From a virus (Duplodnaviria; Caudoviricetes): DNA of 64,000 bases. The translations under genes and the position numbers were made by a program. This document shows, piece after piece, positions 45,240 through 53,616 of the stretch. The stretch lies in the IMG/VR virus record IMGVR_UViG_2684623126_000004; one strand, written 5' to 3'. The notes beneath the pieces were generated by a model. It saw only the letters and a program-made list of their open reading frames with translations. It was not told the origin of the DNA and made no database searches. Positions within the stretch are counted from its first letter, which is position 1, and each line of letters starts with the position of its first letter.

Positions 45240-45720
45240 ACTGAAGCGCGCAACAGCAGGCAAATGCAGAGCGCGGTGCTCCTTAAAAACTTGGTGGATG
45301 AACAGAGGCGAGGCCCCTTCGCAAGAGGCGCGGCGACAACCTCCTACCCCGTGGCGCGCACGGTAGAAGCAAAAGTGCGCGAAACCCGAATCTCCCTGGG
45401 GGAGTGGCCCGTGGGGCTGCGTTGAAACCATAGGTTCGGTTTGCACGTTCGCTATTTGCGAACTGCGAACGCCCACCCGTCCGTGGCGCAGGTAACGACG
45501 GGCAGAAGTGAAGTCCCTGCAATCAGGCCCCGCGAAGTCGGGGCGAGCCGCCCGTGACAGCGGGCATAGCAGGGGCGCGGCGCGCGCACTACGTCGCATC
45601 AATGCCGCAACCGGCCAGGCCCAGCGTCTGGCCGGAGTGATGCCCTGGCAACAGGGCCATCACCACCGCCGATTGCACCCAGTCGCCGGTGCTGATGCTC
45701 CCCTCAACCACAACCGAAAG
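45240..45720 (+). ncRNA. Long structured PL leader (candidate cis-acting RNA)
   Basis: No credible ORF; many hairpins and an H-type pseudoknot at 45344-45381. Confidence 0.4.
45277..45290 (+). promoter_or_regulatory. boxA-like antitermination element
   Basis: TGCTCCTTAAAAAC about 40 nt after the predicted PL start; resembles lambda/rrn boxA. Confidence 0.45.
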
Positions 45721-45727
45721 GCCAACC

Positions 45728-46018
45728 ATGCAAATTGACGCCAGCCCCATCGCCATGAAGGCGGTCGAATCCTCGCGCATCGCCGAGATCGGCCACAACG
45801 CCGAAACCAACACCCTCGCCATCCGCTTCAAGCGGGCCGACGGCAGCCACGGCGCGCTGTACCACTACGGCAATTTCAACGCCGAGGAATTCGCCACCTT
45901 CGACAGCGCCGAATCGCTGGGCACGCACTTCAGCCAGCACATCAAGAAGGAAACCGAGAAGCACCCGTACCTGCGCGTGGCCGAGCCGCCGGCGAACGCC
46001 GAGGCCGCCACCGCGTAA
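45728..46018 (+). CDS. KTSC domain protein
   Basis: VESSRIAEIGHN..TLAIRF..LYHY..S.G.HF..HIK KTSC signature. Confidence 0.85.
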   Translation: MQIDASPIAMKAVESSRIAEIGHNAETNTLAIRFKRADGSHGALYHYGNFNAEEFATFDSAESLGTHFSQHIKKETEKHPYLRVAEPPANAEAATA

Positions 46019-46337
46019 TCCATGCCCGCGCCGCCGCGCGATAGGCGGAGGGACGACGCCAACAGTCGCACCCCGGTGAAAGGCCGGGGCCATCAAGAGG
46101 CGCCCTGGGCAAATCCAGCGCCGACCAACCCCAGAGCGAAGCACCCACGGGCAAGTTGGAGCCCGTCTCCGGGGCGCCCCTTGATGGCGGTCGCATGACC
46201 GAATCCCCTACCCGTGAGGACGGGTAGGCGGCGGACGAGCCCCGATGACGCCTGCCAGCCAGGCCGAGAAAAGCGCGCTTGCAAATGGTGCAGGTAGCCC
46301 GACCGCCATCAGCATCATCAACCACCGGAGCAAAGCC

Positions 46338-46592
46338 ATGAACCGAAACCAGTACGAAGTTGCCCGTCGCGCGCGCGTCGAACGAGAGGTTCGCGCCAGC
46401 TCCGGCCCCGAAGACAGCGAAGCCGACATCCAAGAAATGATCGAGGACGCCATCGAAGAAGAGTTGCGCGCCGAGGCGCACGACCGCGAGGAAGACCTGG
46501 CGATGTTCGGCAGCCCAGAGGACACGCCCTGCATCCAGTCGGCGGACATCTGGGGCACGGGCGAAGGTCAGTACCACGGCTTCATCGGCTGA
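46338..46592 (+). CDS. Small acidic hypothetical protein
   Basis: 84 aa with GGAG SD. Confidence 0.55.
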   Translation: MNRNQYEVARRARVEREVRASSGPEDSEADIQEMIEDAIEEELRAEAHDREEDLAMFGSPEDTPCIQSADIWGTGEGQYHGFIG

Positions 46593-46612
46593 CGCACCGC
46601 GAGGCACAGAAC

Positions 46613-46876
46613 ATGCGCATCAACATCTACAGCCAGGAACTGACGGACGAAGTGCTACGTGTCGAAAAGCCGAGCAACACCGGCGTCACGTATCACGCCG
46701 TCCAGTTCATCTTGCACAGCAGCGACAGGCTGCACCACCCGCCGCAGGACGACGACCGGAGCGCCGTGACGTTCTGGCTCCCCAAGTCGTCGGCACGCCG
46801 GGAACAGCTTGCAAAAGCCTTCGATGAAGCGGCGCGCATCGTGCGCACCGCGCCGCCCGAAACCGGGCTCGATTGA
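46613..46876 (+). CDS. Conserved phage hypothetical protein
   Basis: 87 aa, MRINIYSQELT..DDDRSAVTFWLP; GAGG SD. Confidence 0.65.
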   Translation: MRINIYSQELTDEVLRVEKPSNTGVTYHAVQFILHSSDRLHHPPQDDDRSAVTFWLPKSSARREQLAKAFDEAARIVRTAPPETGLD

Positions 46877-46882
46877 CCGAAT

Positions 46883-46958
46883 TGCGGCGTAGAGCAGTTG
46901 GCAGCTCGCCGGCTTCATAAGCCGGAGGTCGCTGGTTCGATTCCAGCCGCCGCTACCA
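46883..46958 (+). tRNA. tRNA-Met (CAT), initiator-type scaffold with atypical anticodon stem
   Basis: Cloverleaf TGCGGCG/CGCCGCT, D arm GAGC/GCTC, anticodon arm CCGGC-TTCATAA-GCCGG, T arm GCTGG-TTCGATT-CCAGC, encoded CCA; 1:72 mismatch and A11:U24. Confidence 0.92.
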
Positions 46959-47203
46959 CCTTCCGACCCCACTGACAGGCTGGACTGGGAATCAAACCGG
47001 GCGCATGTCTGTTCGACCAGCCGGAGGTCGTGGAAACCGGAACGAAAGCGGATGCTGGCCTGGGATTGCTTCGGCGGTCGTGCGCAGCCAGACGCAGCGA
47101 GTAGGACGCGAGCCTGAACGCGCACAGGCCCATGCCGGACATGGTGAAAGCCGGAATCCCGCTCCTGCCCATCAAGCACCCCATCAACGCAAAGGACATC
47201 AAC

Positions 47204-48178
47204 ATGAGCCAAATCGGCATCGTCTTCGGCAAAAAGCACGCGCCCTGGACGCGCATCGACAACAGCGGCGCCATCGTCACCCCGGACGCCAGCTTCTTCA
47301 GTAACCACCCGACCTTCGCCGGCATCGCCGACGAGGAAATCGACGGCCAGAGCATGGTGCGCGTGCCGGCCTTCTACTACCGCTCCGACATCGTGCGCGA
47401 CGGCCCGCTGCTGGGCAAGAAGGCGCTCTGGGTGAGCGACGAACCCGCCGAAGGCTACGCGCTGCATCCGGCCTTCCGCAACAACGGCGCCGACCTCGCG
47501 CAATACTGGCTGGGCAAGTACCAGGGCACGCCGGACGGCGACGACAAGCTGGGCTCGCAAGCCGGCCTGATGCCGCTGGCACGCATCGACTTCCCCACCA
47601 TGCAGGCGCGCGCCGCCGCGCGCGGCGAGGGCTGGATGTTGTGGAGCATTTACCAGCTCGCGGCCATCCAGGCGCTGGCGCTGATCGAGTGCGGCACGCC
47701 CAACGTCAAGTCCATCCTGGGCGAGGGCTACATCGACGGAAACGGCGTGCGCAAGGTCGATGACGCCGAGGTGGTGCAGGCGGCCTACCGGGGCATCACG
47801 GGCCTCTGGGGCAACGTCTGGCAGATGCTGGACGGCTTGCAGACCGGCGCGAACCGCGAGTTCCTCATCTGGGACAAGGACGGCCACCGCAACCTGCTCA
47901 ATACTGGCATCGAAGCGCCGGAGCATGGCTGGATCCACAAGCGCCTGCGCAACGTCGGCGAGGGATTCGACCTGGGTGCGGCGTTCGTGCCCAAGAAGAC
48001 CCGCGACGAGCAAGAGGACGCGGCCTACGGCAACTACTCGTGGTTCTGGTCTGGCGGCGTGGCGTACCACGGCGGCAATTGGGGCGACGGCGCGGCCGGC
48101 GGGCTCTTCTGCCTGTACGTCTACAGTCCCGCGTCGCACGTCAGCACGACTGTCGGCGGTCGCCTCGCAAAGGTGTAA
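47204..48178 (+). CDS. C-type-lectin-fold (FGE/Mtd-like) protein with a DGR variable-region-type C-terminus
   Basis: DGQSMVRVPAFYY, HPAF, YRGITGLWGNVWQMLDG, and C-terminal YHGGNWGDGAAGGLFCLYVYSPASHVSTTVGGRLAKV. Confidence 0.8.
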   Translation: MSQIGIVFGKKHAPWTRIDNSGAIVTPDASFFSNHPTFAGIADEEIDGQSMVRVPAFYYRSDIVRDGPLLGKKALWVSDEPAEGYALHPAFRNNGADLAQYWLGKYQGTPDGDDKLGSQAGLMPLARIDFPTMQARAAARGEGWMLWSIYQLAAIQALALIECGTPNVKSILGEGYIDGNGVRKVDDAEVVQAAYRGITGLWGNVWQMLDGLQTGANREFLIWDKDGHRNLLNTGIEAPEHGWIHKRLRNVGEGFDLGAAFVPKKTRDEQEDAAYGNYSWFWSGGVAYHGGNWGDGAAGGLFCLYVYSPASHVSTTVGGRLAKV

Positions 48179-48205
48179 TGGGTCATGTCGGCATGTGTCA
48201 TGTAT

Positions 48206-48241
48206 CCGGGCGAGCCTGCCGAGCAGGCCGCCCGGTTTTTT
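48206..48241 (+). terminator. GC-rich hairpin plus U6 (terminator and/or DGR homing hairpin)
   Basis: CCGGGCG-A-GCCTGC-CGA-GCAGGC-CGCCCGG-TTTTTT, 27 nt after the stop codon. Confidence 0.75.
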
Positions 48242-48254
48242 CGCAGCGCGAAAA

Positions 48255-48753
48255 ATGGCACTCCGGCGATCACGGCGGAAGTGCTTAGGCTCCTTCTGCA
48301 CTATGACCCCTACACCGGCGTCTTCGCCTGGCGCGCCCCCCCCAGTCGAACCGCGCTCCCGCCGGAAGCCCGGCAGGAACAATGCGAAACGGCTACGTCC
48401 GCATCCGCATCGCGGGAAAGGACTACAACGCGCATCGCCTCGCCTGGCTCTACGTGTTCGGCGTCTGGCCTGAAAAGCTGGTCGATCACATCAACGGCAG
48501 GCGCGACGACAACCGCATCGGCAACCTGCGCGAGCTCTCGAACACCGAGAACCAGCAGAACCGCCGCCGCGCTGCGCGGCACAGCAGCACCGGCCTGATA
48601 GGCGTCAGCCAAGGCCGGCGTGAGGGCACGTTCCGCGCCCACATCACGCTGAACCGGGAGCGTCAATTCCTGGGCCACTTCTCCGACCCATTGCAGGCCC
48701 AGCAGGCGTACATCGACGCCAAGCGGTGCCTGCATCCGTTCGGAACCATCTGA
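48255..48753 (+). pseudogene. HNH homing endonuclease (HNH_3 plus AP2-like), frameshifted
   Basis: ITAEVLRLLLHYDPYTGVFAWR is in a different frame from AGSPAGTMRNGY..AHRLAW..DHING..DNRIGNL; the break is at a C8 run, 48336-48343. The residual ORF is 48382-48753. Confidence 0.7.
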
Positions 48754-48764
48754 AAGGGAAATCC

Positions 48765-48962
48765 ATGAGCACACCGCAGGCTGCGGCCTTGGCGGGCGAC
48801 TTCGCACGCCCCAAGCCGCTCATCAAGTGCCAGGTCAAGGTGACGACCACCACAGGCGCGCGCTTCCGTTACGCCGCGCTCTTCGCCAGCACCTGCGACG
48901 CCGCCATCGACGCGCTCGAACGGTTCGGCATTTCCAAGATCAGCGTGGAGCCGGCCCGATGA
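48765..48962 (+). CDS. Small hypothetical protein
   Basis: 65 aa with AAAGGG SD. Confidence 0.6.
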   Translation: MSTPQAAALAGDFARPKPLIKCQVKVTTTTGARFRYAALFASTCDAAIDALERFGISKISVEPAR

Positions 48963-49057
48963 AGAAGACGCTGAAGCTGCTGGCCGATTTTCACTACTAC
49001 CTCAAACGCGGGTACGGCATCCGCAAGTCCTGGCGTCTCGCCAAGGTCACGCTGTAA
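48959..49057 (+). CDS. 32-aa basic peptide
   Basis: MKKTLKLLADFHYYLKRGYGIRKSWRLAKVTL; ATGA overlap. Confidence 0.5.
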   Translation: MKKTLKLLADFHYYLKRGYGIRKSWRLAKVTL

Positions 49058-49092
49058 CCGCCGCCCATCCATCCCATCATCAAGGAAAACAC

Positions 49093-50190
49093 ATGGACAA
49101 CATGCAACAGGGCGGCGCGCTCGCTGCCCGTCAAGAGTTCGGCGGTTCCGCCGTCACGCTCGCCGCCACCGAAACCGCATCCGCCTACGTGGCCGCCCAA
49201 GCAAAGGCTGTCGTCGAAGCGCGCTATGTCATGGCGCTGCGCCGCCCGCGCAACTGGGATCAGGTGCGCCAAGACCTGCTCAAGGAGTGCCGCCGCCCCA
49301 GCTTCGCGCACAACAAGAGCGCCTACTACCGCAAGCCCATCGGCGACGGCGTGGAAGGTCTGGGGATCCGCTTCGTCGAAGTCGCGCTGCGCTGCATGAC
49401 GAACGTCCTGGTGGAAACCACCATGATCTTCGAGGACGAGAGCAAGGAAATCCACCGCGTCAGCGTGACCGACCTGGAATCCAACCTCACCTACCCGCTC
49501 GACGTGCGCGTGACCAAGACCGTCGAACGCTCGAAGCCCGCCGACGACGGCAGCTACATCAGCGTGCGCAAGAACAGCTACAACCGCAACGTCTATACGG
49601 TGCCCGCCACCGACGACGACCTGCTGAACAAGCGCGCGGCGCAAATCTCCAAGGCTATCCGCACGCTGGGCCTGCGCATCATCCCTGGCGACATGCAGGA
49701 CGAGGCCGAGGGAATCATCAAGGCCATCCGCCTCGACGAAGCCGCGCGCGACCCCGACACCGAGCGCAAGCGCATCGCCGACGCCTTCAACGAAATCGGC
49801 GTCAAGGCCGCCGACCTGACCGAATACCTGGGCCACACGCTGGACACCTGCTCGCCTGCCGAGCTGGTGAATCTGCGCGGCATCTACGGCGCCATCCGCG
49901 ACGGTGAATCCTCGTGGAAGAGCGTCATGGAGAACAAGGCCGAACAAGCTGGCAAGAGTGCCGGCACTGGCACGGGCAATACCGGCGGCGCGGGCACGGG
50001 CGGCGGGAAGGCCCTGCCGACGTGCAGCCCCGAGAACTTCGCCAAGAAGTCGGCGGGCTGGAAGAAGCAGGTCGAAGCCGGCAAGCCGGTGAATGACCTC
50101 ATCGCCATGATCGAAACCAAGGAACTGCTCACGCCCGACATGAAGATGGAGATTGCGGGCTGGGCCACTGCTGGGGGTACTCAAGAATGA
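49093..50190 (+). CDS. Putative single-strand annealing recombinase partner of the exonuclease
   Basis: 365 aa with AAGGA SD; translationally coupled to the YqaJ-like exonuclease. Confidence 0.55.
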   Translation: MDNMQQGGALAARQEFGGSAVTLAATETASAYVAAQAKAVVEARYVMALRRPRNWDQVRQDLLKECRRPSFAHNKSAYYRKPIGDGVEGLGIRFVEVALRCMTNVLVETTMIFEDESKEIHRVSVTDLESNLTYPLDVRVTKTVERSKPADDGSYISVRKNSYNRNVYTVPATDDDLLNKRAAQISKAIRTLGLRIIPGDMQDEAEGIIKAIRLDEAARDPDTERKRIADAFNEIGVKAADLTEYLGHTLDTCSPAELVNLRGIYGAIRDGESSWKSVMENKAEQAGKSAGTGTGNTGGAGTGGGKALPTCSPENFAKKSAGWKKQVEAGKPVNDLIAMIETKELLTPDMKMEIAGWATAGGTQE

Positions 50191-51836
50191 AAATCCATGA
50201 CCTTCAACAAGGCAGCCCCGAGTGGCAAGCCTTCCGCCTGACCCACCACGGCGCCAGCGAGGCCGCCGCGATGCTGGGCCTGTCGAAGAAAACGACGCGC
50301 TCCGAACTGCTGCGCATGAAGCACACCGGCACGCCCAAGGAGTTCAGCGACTGGGTACAGGTGAACATCCTCGACTACGGTCACGAAGTCGAAGCGATGG
50401 CGCGGCCCATCATCGAAGACCTGATCGGCGAAGACCTCTACCCGGTGACGTGCTCGAACGAGGACACCGGCGGCATTCTGTCGGCGTCGTGCGACGGCCT
50501 GACGATGGGCTACGACACCGCCTTCGAGCACAAGCAATGGGCCGCCGAACTGGCCGCTTCCGTCGCCGCCGGCGTGTTGCCCGAAGAGCACATGCCACAG
50601 TGCCAGCAAATCATGCTGGTGACGGGTGCCAAGCGCGTCATCTTCACCGTATCCGACGGCACGCCCGAGAACTGCGTGCATGTCGAAGTGCTGCCGGATC
50701 CTGCCTGGTTCGTTCGCATCGAGGCGGGCTGGGCGCAGTTCGACCGCGACCTGGCCGACTACGTGCTGCCCGAGGCGAAGCCGGTCATCGTCGCCGAGGT
50801 CGTGCAGGCGCTGCCGGCGGTGGCGGTGCAGATCAGCGGCGAAATCACGGTGCGGGACAACTTCAAGGTGTTCGAGGCTGCCTTGCGCGACTTCCTTGAA
50901 AACCGCCTCATCCGCGAGCCGGAAACCGACAAGGACTTCATCGACCTGGATGCGCAAATCAAGGCGCTGAAGAAGGCCGAGGACGCACTCAACTCCGCCG
51001 AGACGATGATGCTGGCGCAAATCCAGACCGTCGATGAAGCCAAGCGTCAGAAGGACATGCTCTACAAGCTGACGCGCGACAACCGCCTCATGGCCGAAAA
51101 GCTGCTGGAAAGCGAGAAGACACGCCGGCGCGCGGAGAAGGTGGAAACGGCCCGCAAGGCTTACGTCGCCCACGTCGCCGAGCTTCAGCGTGAAATCGCT
51201 GGCCTGCGCATGGACGTTGCCACTCCGGACTTCGCGGGCGCCATCAAGGGCCTGAAGACGCTGGAAAGTATGCAGGACAAGCTCGACACGGCTCTGGCGA
51301 ACGGCAAGATCGCCGCCGAGCAACAGGCCGCCGACCTACGCACGAAGCTGGGCTGGATCGAGGCCAACGCCGCCGAATACCGCGCGCTGCTGGCCGACCT
51401 GCAACAGCTCGCGGCCAAGCCGTTCGACGACTTCAAGCTGGCGGTAACGGCGCGCATCGACGCGCACAAGAAGGCCGAGGCCGACCGCCTGGAAGCGGAG
51501 CGCGCACGTATCCGGCAGGAGGAAGAGGCCAAGGCGAAGGCCGAAGCCGAAGCGAAGCTGCGTGCAGAACAGCGGGCCGCCACGCCCGCCGTTCCGCTGG
51601 CCGACCCGACGCCCCAGGTTACGGCCAAACCCACCACCACGGCCCGGCCTTCCACCGCGCCGGCGGTATCCCGCGCCAACCCGGCGCCCACCAGCAAGAG
51701 CCGCCCCAGCGACGACGAAATCATCGACGTGCTGGCGCTGCATTTCCGCGTCCATGAATCCGCCGTGGTGGCCTGGCTGCTCGAAATCGACCTCGAAGCC
51801 GCCAGCCAGCGCATCGCCGACAGCATGGCCGCATAG
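50187..51836 (+). CDS. YqaJ/lambda-Exo family exonuclease with long coiled-coil extension
   Basis: QQGSPEWQAFR..GASEAAAMLG..GHEVE..SASCDG..FEHK..QCQQIM motifs. Confidence 0.9.
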   Translation: MKIHDLQQGSPEWQAFRLTHHGASEAAAMLGLSKKTTRSELLRMKHTGTPKEFSDWVQVNILDYGHEVEAMARPIIEDLIGEDLYPVTCSNEDTGGILSASCDGLTMGYDTAFEHKQWAAELAASVAAGVLPEEHMPQCQQIMLVTGAKRVIFTVSDGTPENCVHVEVLPDPAWFVRIEAGWAQFDRDLADYVLPEAKPVIVAEVVQALPAVAVQISGEITVRDNFKVFEAALRDFLENRLIREPETDKDFIDLDAQIKALKKAEDALNSAETMMLAQIQTVDEAKRQKDMLYKLTRDNRLMAEKLLESEKTRRRAEKVETARKAYVAHVAELQREIAGLRMDVATPDFAGAIKGLKTLESMQDKLDTALANGKIAAEQQAADLRTKLGWIEANAAEYRALLADLQQLAAKPFDDFKLAVTARIDAHKKAEADRLEAERARIRQEEEAKAKAEAEAKLRAEQRAATPAVPLADPTPQVTAKPTTTARPSTAPAVSRANPAPTSKSRPSDDEIIDVLALHFRVHESAVVAWLLEIDLEAASQRIADSMAA

Positions 51837-51845
51837 GGGAAGTCC

Positions 51846-52535
51846 ATGAGCACCGTTCAACAAGCTGCGCCGGCGGTCTGCCCCGACGGCGCTCACATGG
51901 GCGAGCACGCCTGCACGAACCGTTCCCGGTGCTGGGAGCCGTGCGGCGAACTCGGGCACAGCGAAGAGCACGCCAAGGCCATCCATCCCGACGATGAGGC
52001 CGTGGATCGCTTCGCCGCCGTGCTGAAGGACAAGCTGGCCGTGGCGCGCGCGAAGGGGCGCGGCGGCTGGGAGGACAAGGCGGAAGTGTCCGGCGACGAA
52101 CTGACCGACATGCTGGTGGGCCACCTCTGGAAGGGCGACCCGCGCGACGTGGCGAACTTCTGCATGTTCCTCTGGGAGCGCGGCGAGCGCATCACCCTGG
52201 CCGGCGGCCCGCGCATGGAGCGCGCCACCGACGCCTTCCAGATTGCCGAGGCTCAATGCGCGGAGCGGCACGCCGCCGCTGGCCGGCTGATCGACCCGTC
52301 CATCAGCACGGAAGCGGGCCTGCTGGCCGCCGCGCCCTACTTGGTTAGCCAGAACTCCCCGTCGACTGCCGACGGCCAACAAGCCAAGCAGGCGCTGCGC
52401 AAGGTGCTGGGCGTCCTGCACCGCTACCTGGAACCGAACGGCATCAGCAAGTATGACGCCCTGAACGAAATCTTGGGCATCGTCGATTCGGTTCCGCTGG
52501 TGGCCACCGATAGCGAGGAAAGGGGTGAAGCATGA
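51846..52535 (+). CDS. Accessory protein with a MazG-like helical segment
   Basis: KLAVARAKGRGGWE..HLWKGDPRDVANFCMFLWERG. Confidence 0.55.
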   Translation: MSTVQQAAPAVCPDGAHMGEHACTNRSRCWEPCGELGHSEEHAKAIHPDDEAVDRFAAVLKDKLAVARAKGRGGWEDKAEVSGDELTDMLVGHLWKGDPRDVANFCMFLWERGERITLAGGPRMERATDAFQIAEAQCAERHAAAGRLIDPSISTEAGLLAAAPYLVSQNSPSTADGQQAKQALRKVLGVLHRYLEPNGISKYDALNEILGIVDSVPLVATDSEERGEA

Positions 52536-53332
52536 GCGGGAACAGCACCGGAATCCTTAGCCAGGTTGCCACCAGCATGATGAACTTCGGCGCCCCGATG
52601 CTGCTGGACGAGAAGGACTGGGAGGAAGCCGAACGCATGGCCGATGCCGGCCTGCTTCAGCGCCATGACCCCGTTTTCAAGAGCTTCGGCTACTCGCTCA
52701 CGGACGCTGGCATCGAGGCGTACAACAAGGCTTTTCCGCCAGCACCGCTGCCGGATCCCGTGAAAGCGTGGGGCGATCAGCCGCCGAAATCGCTGAAGGG
52801 CCGTATCGCCTTCATCAAAAGGCAATGCGTCAAGCCGCTCGAAGACGCCTACTGGCTGGAAATCGAGGGCGACAAGGGAAGCGTCGAATCAATGACGCTA
52901 TCTTCCTCCGCCCTGGACAAGAAGCTCGAAGAACTGGGATATGACCGATATTCCAACGATGGGCGCATCTACTTCGGGAAAGAGGACAGCTACGCGCTCT
53001 ACACCTGCGACATCACCGGGGCGCTGCTGGAAGGTGCATGGAGCTCCGAGCCCGATTATCTGGCCTATGAACTTGGCGGGTTCGCATGGCGCCGGAGCAA
53101 CCGATTCCAGATGGAAGAGCGCGACTGGCAAGAGGCGAAAGCCTTTATCGACCGGCTCGACGCCAGCAGCCGCGAGCAAGCGAAGCTACGCCGACTGATC
53201 GCCGACAGTTGCTTCCTTGACCCTGCCAGCGTGAACGATACGGGGCTTCTCAACCCCGGCGGTGGCGGCCAGAGCGAATTCGCGGAACTGATCGCCCTTT
53301 TCGACTTCATGGGCGCAACACCGCAGCCATGA
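52532..53332 (+). CDS. Hypothetical protein
   Basis: 266-aa ORF with ATGA couplings at both ends. Confidence 0.6.
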   Translation: MSGNSTGILSQVATSMMNFGAPMLLDEKDWEEAERMADAGLLQRHDPVFKSFGYSLTDAGIEAYNKAFPPAPLPDPVKAWGDQPPKSLKGRIAFIKRQCVKPLEDAYWLEIEGDKGSVESMTLSSSALDKKLEELGYDRYSNDGRIYFGKEDSYALYTCDITGALLEGAWSSEPDYLAYELGGFAWRRSNRFQMEERDWQEAKAFIDRLDASSREQAKLRRLIADSCFLDPASVNDTGLLNPGGGGQSEFAELIALFDFMGATPQP

Positions 53333-53616
53333 ACTACCCGCCCGGCTCCCTCATTGGGATGCAGGTGCGGACAAACCCCTTGCTCACCGTGGCCGGCCCG
53401 CCGGTCAAGGTTCGCCGCGCGTGGCGGGAACGCCTGTTCTCGCGCCCGTGGAAGCCGTGGCGAGCAACCCGCACCGTCATCCCGCAAATCCCCGACCCCC
53501 ACGCAATGCTCGTCGGCAACTTTCTCATCATGCACCCGGACACCTGGGCGCGCATGAGGCGGGAGCTGGACGAGCGCGGGGCCACATCCCTATCCCCAAG
53601 AAAGGACTGCCCGTGA
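53329..53616 (+). CDS. Conserved phage hypothetical protein
   Basis: RRAWRERLFSRPWKPWRAT motif; coupled to both neighbours. Confidence 0.6.
   Translation: MNYPPGSLIGMQVRTNPLLTVAGPPVKVRRAWRERLFSRPWKPWRATRTVIPQIPDPHAMLVGNFLIMHPDTWARMRRELDERGATSLSPRKDCP

Noticed and set aside
45240-47200. Group II intron, hammerhead ribozyme or DGR template in the structured regions
   Set aside because: GTGCG and GAGCCG occur but there is no domain V, no CTGATGA/GAAA core and no similarity to the VR.
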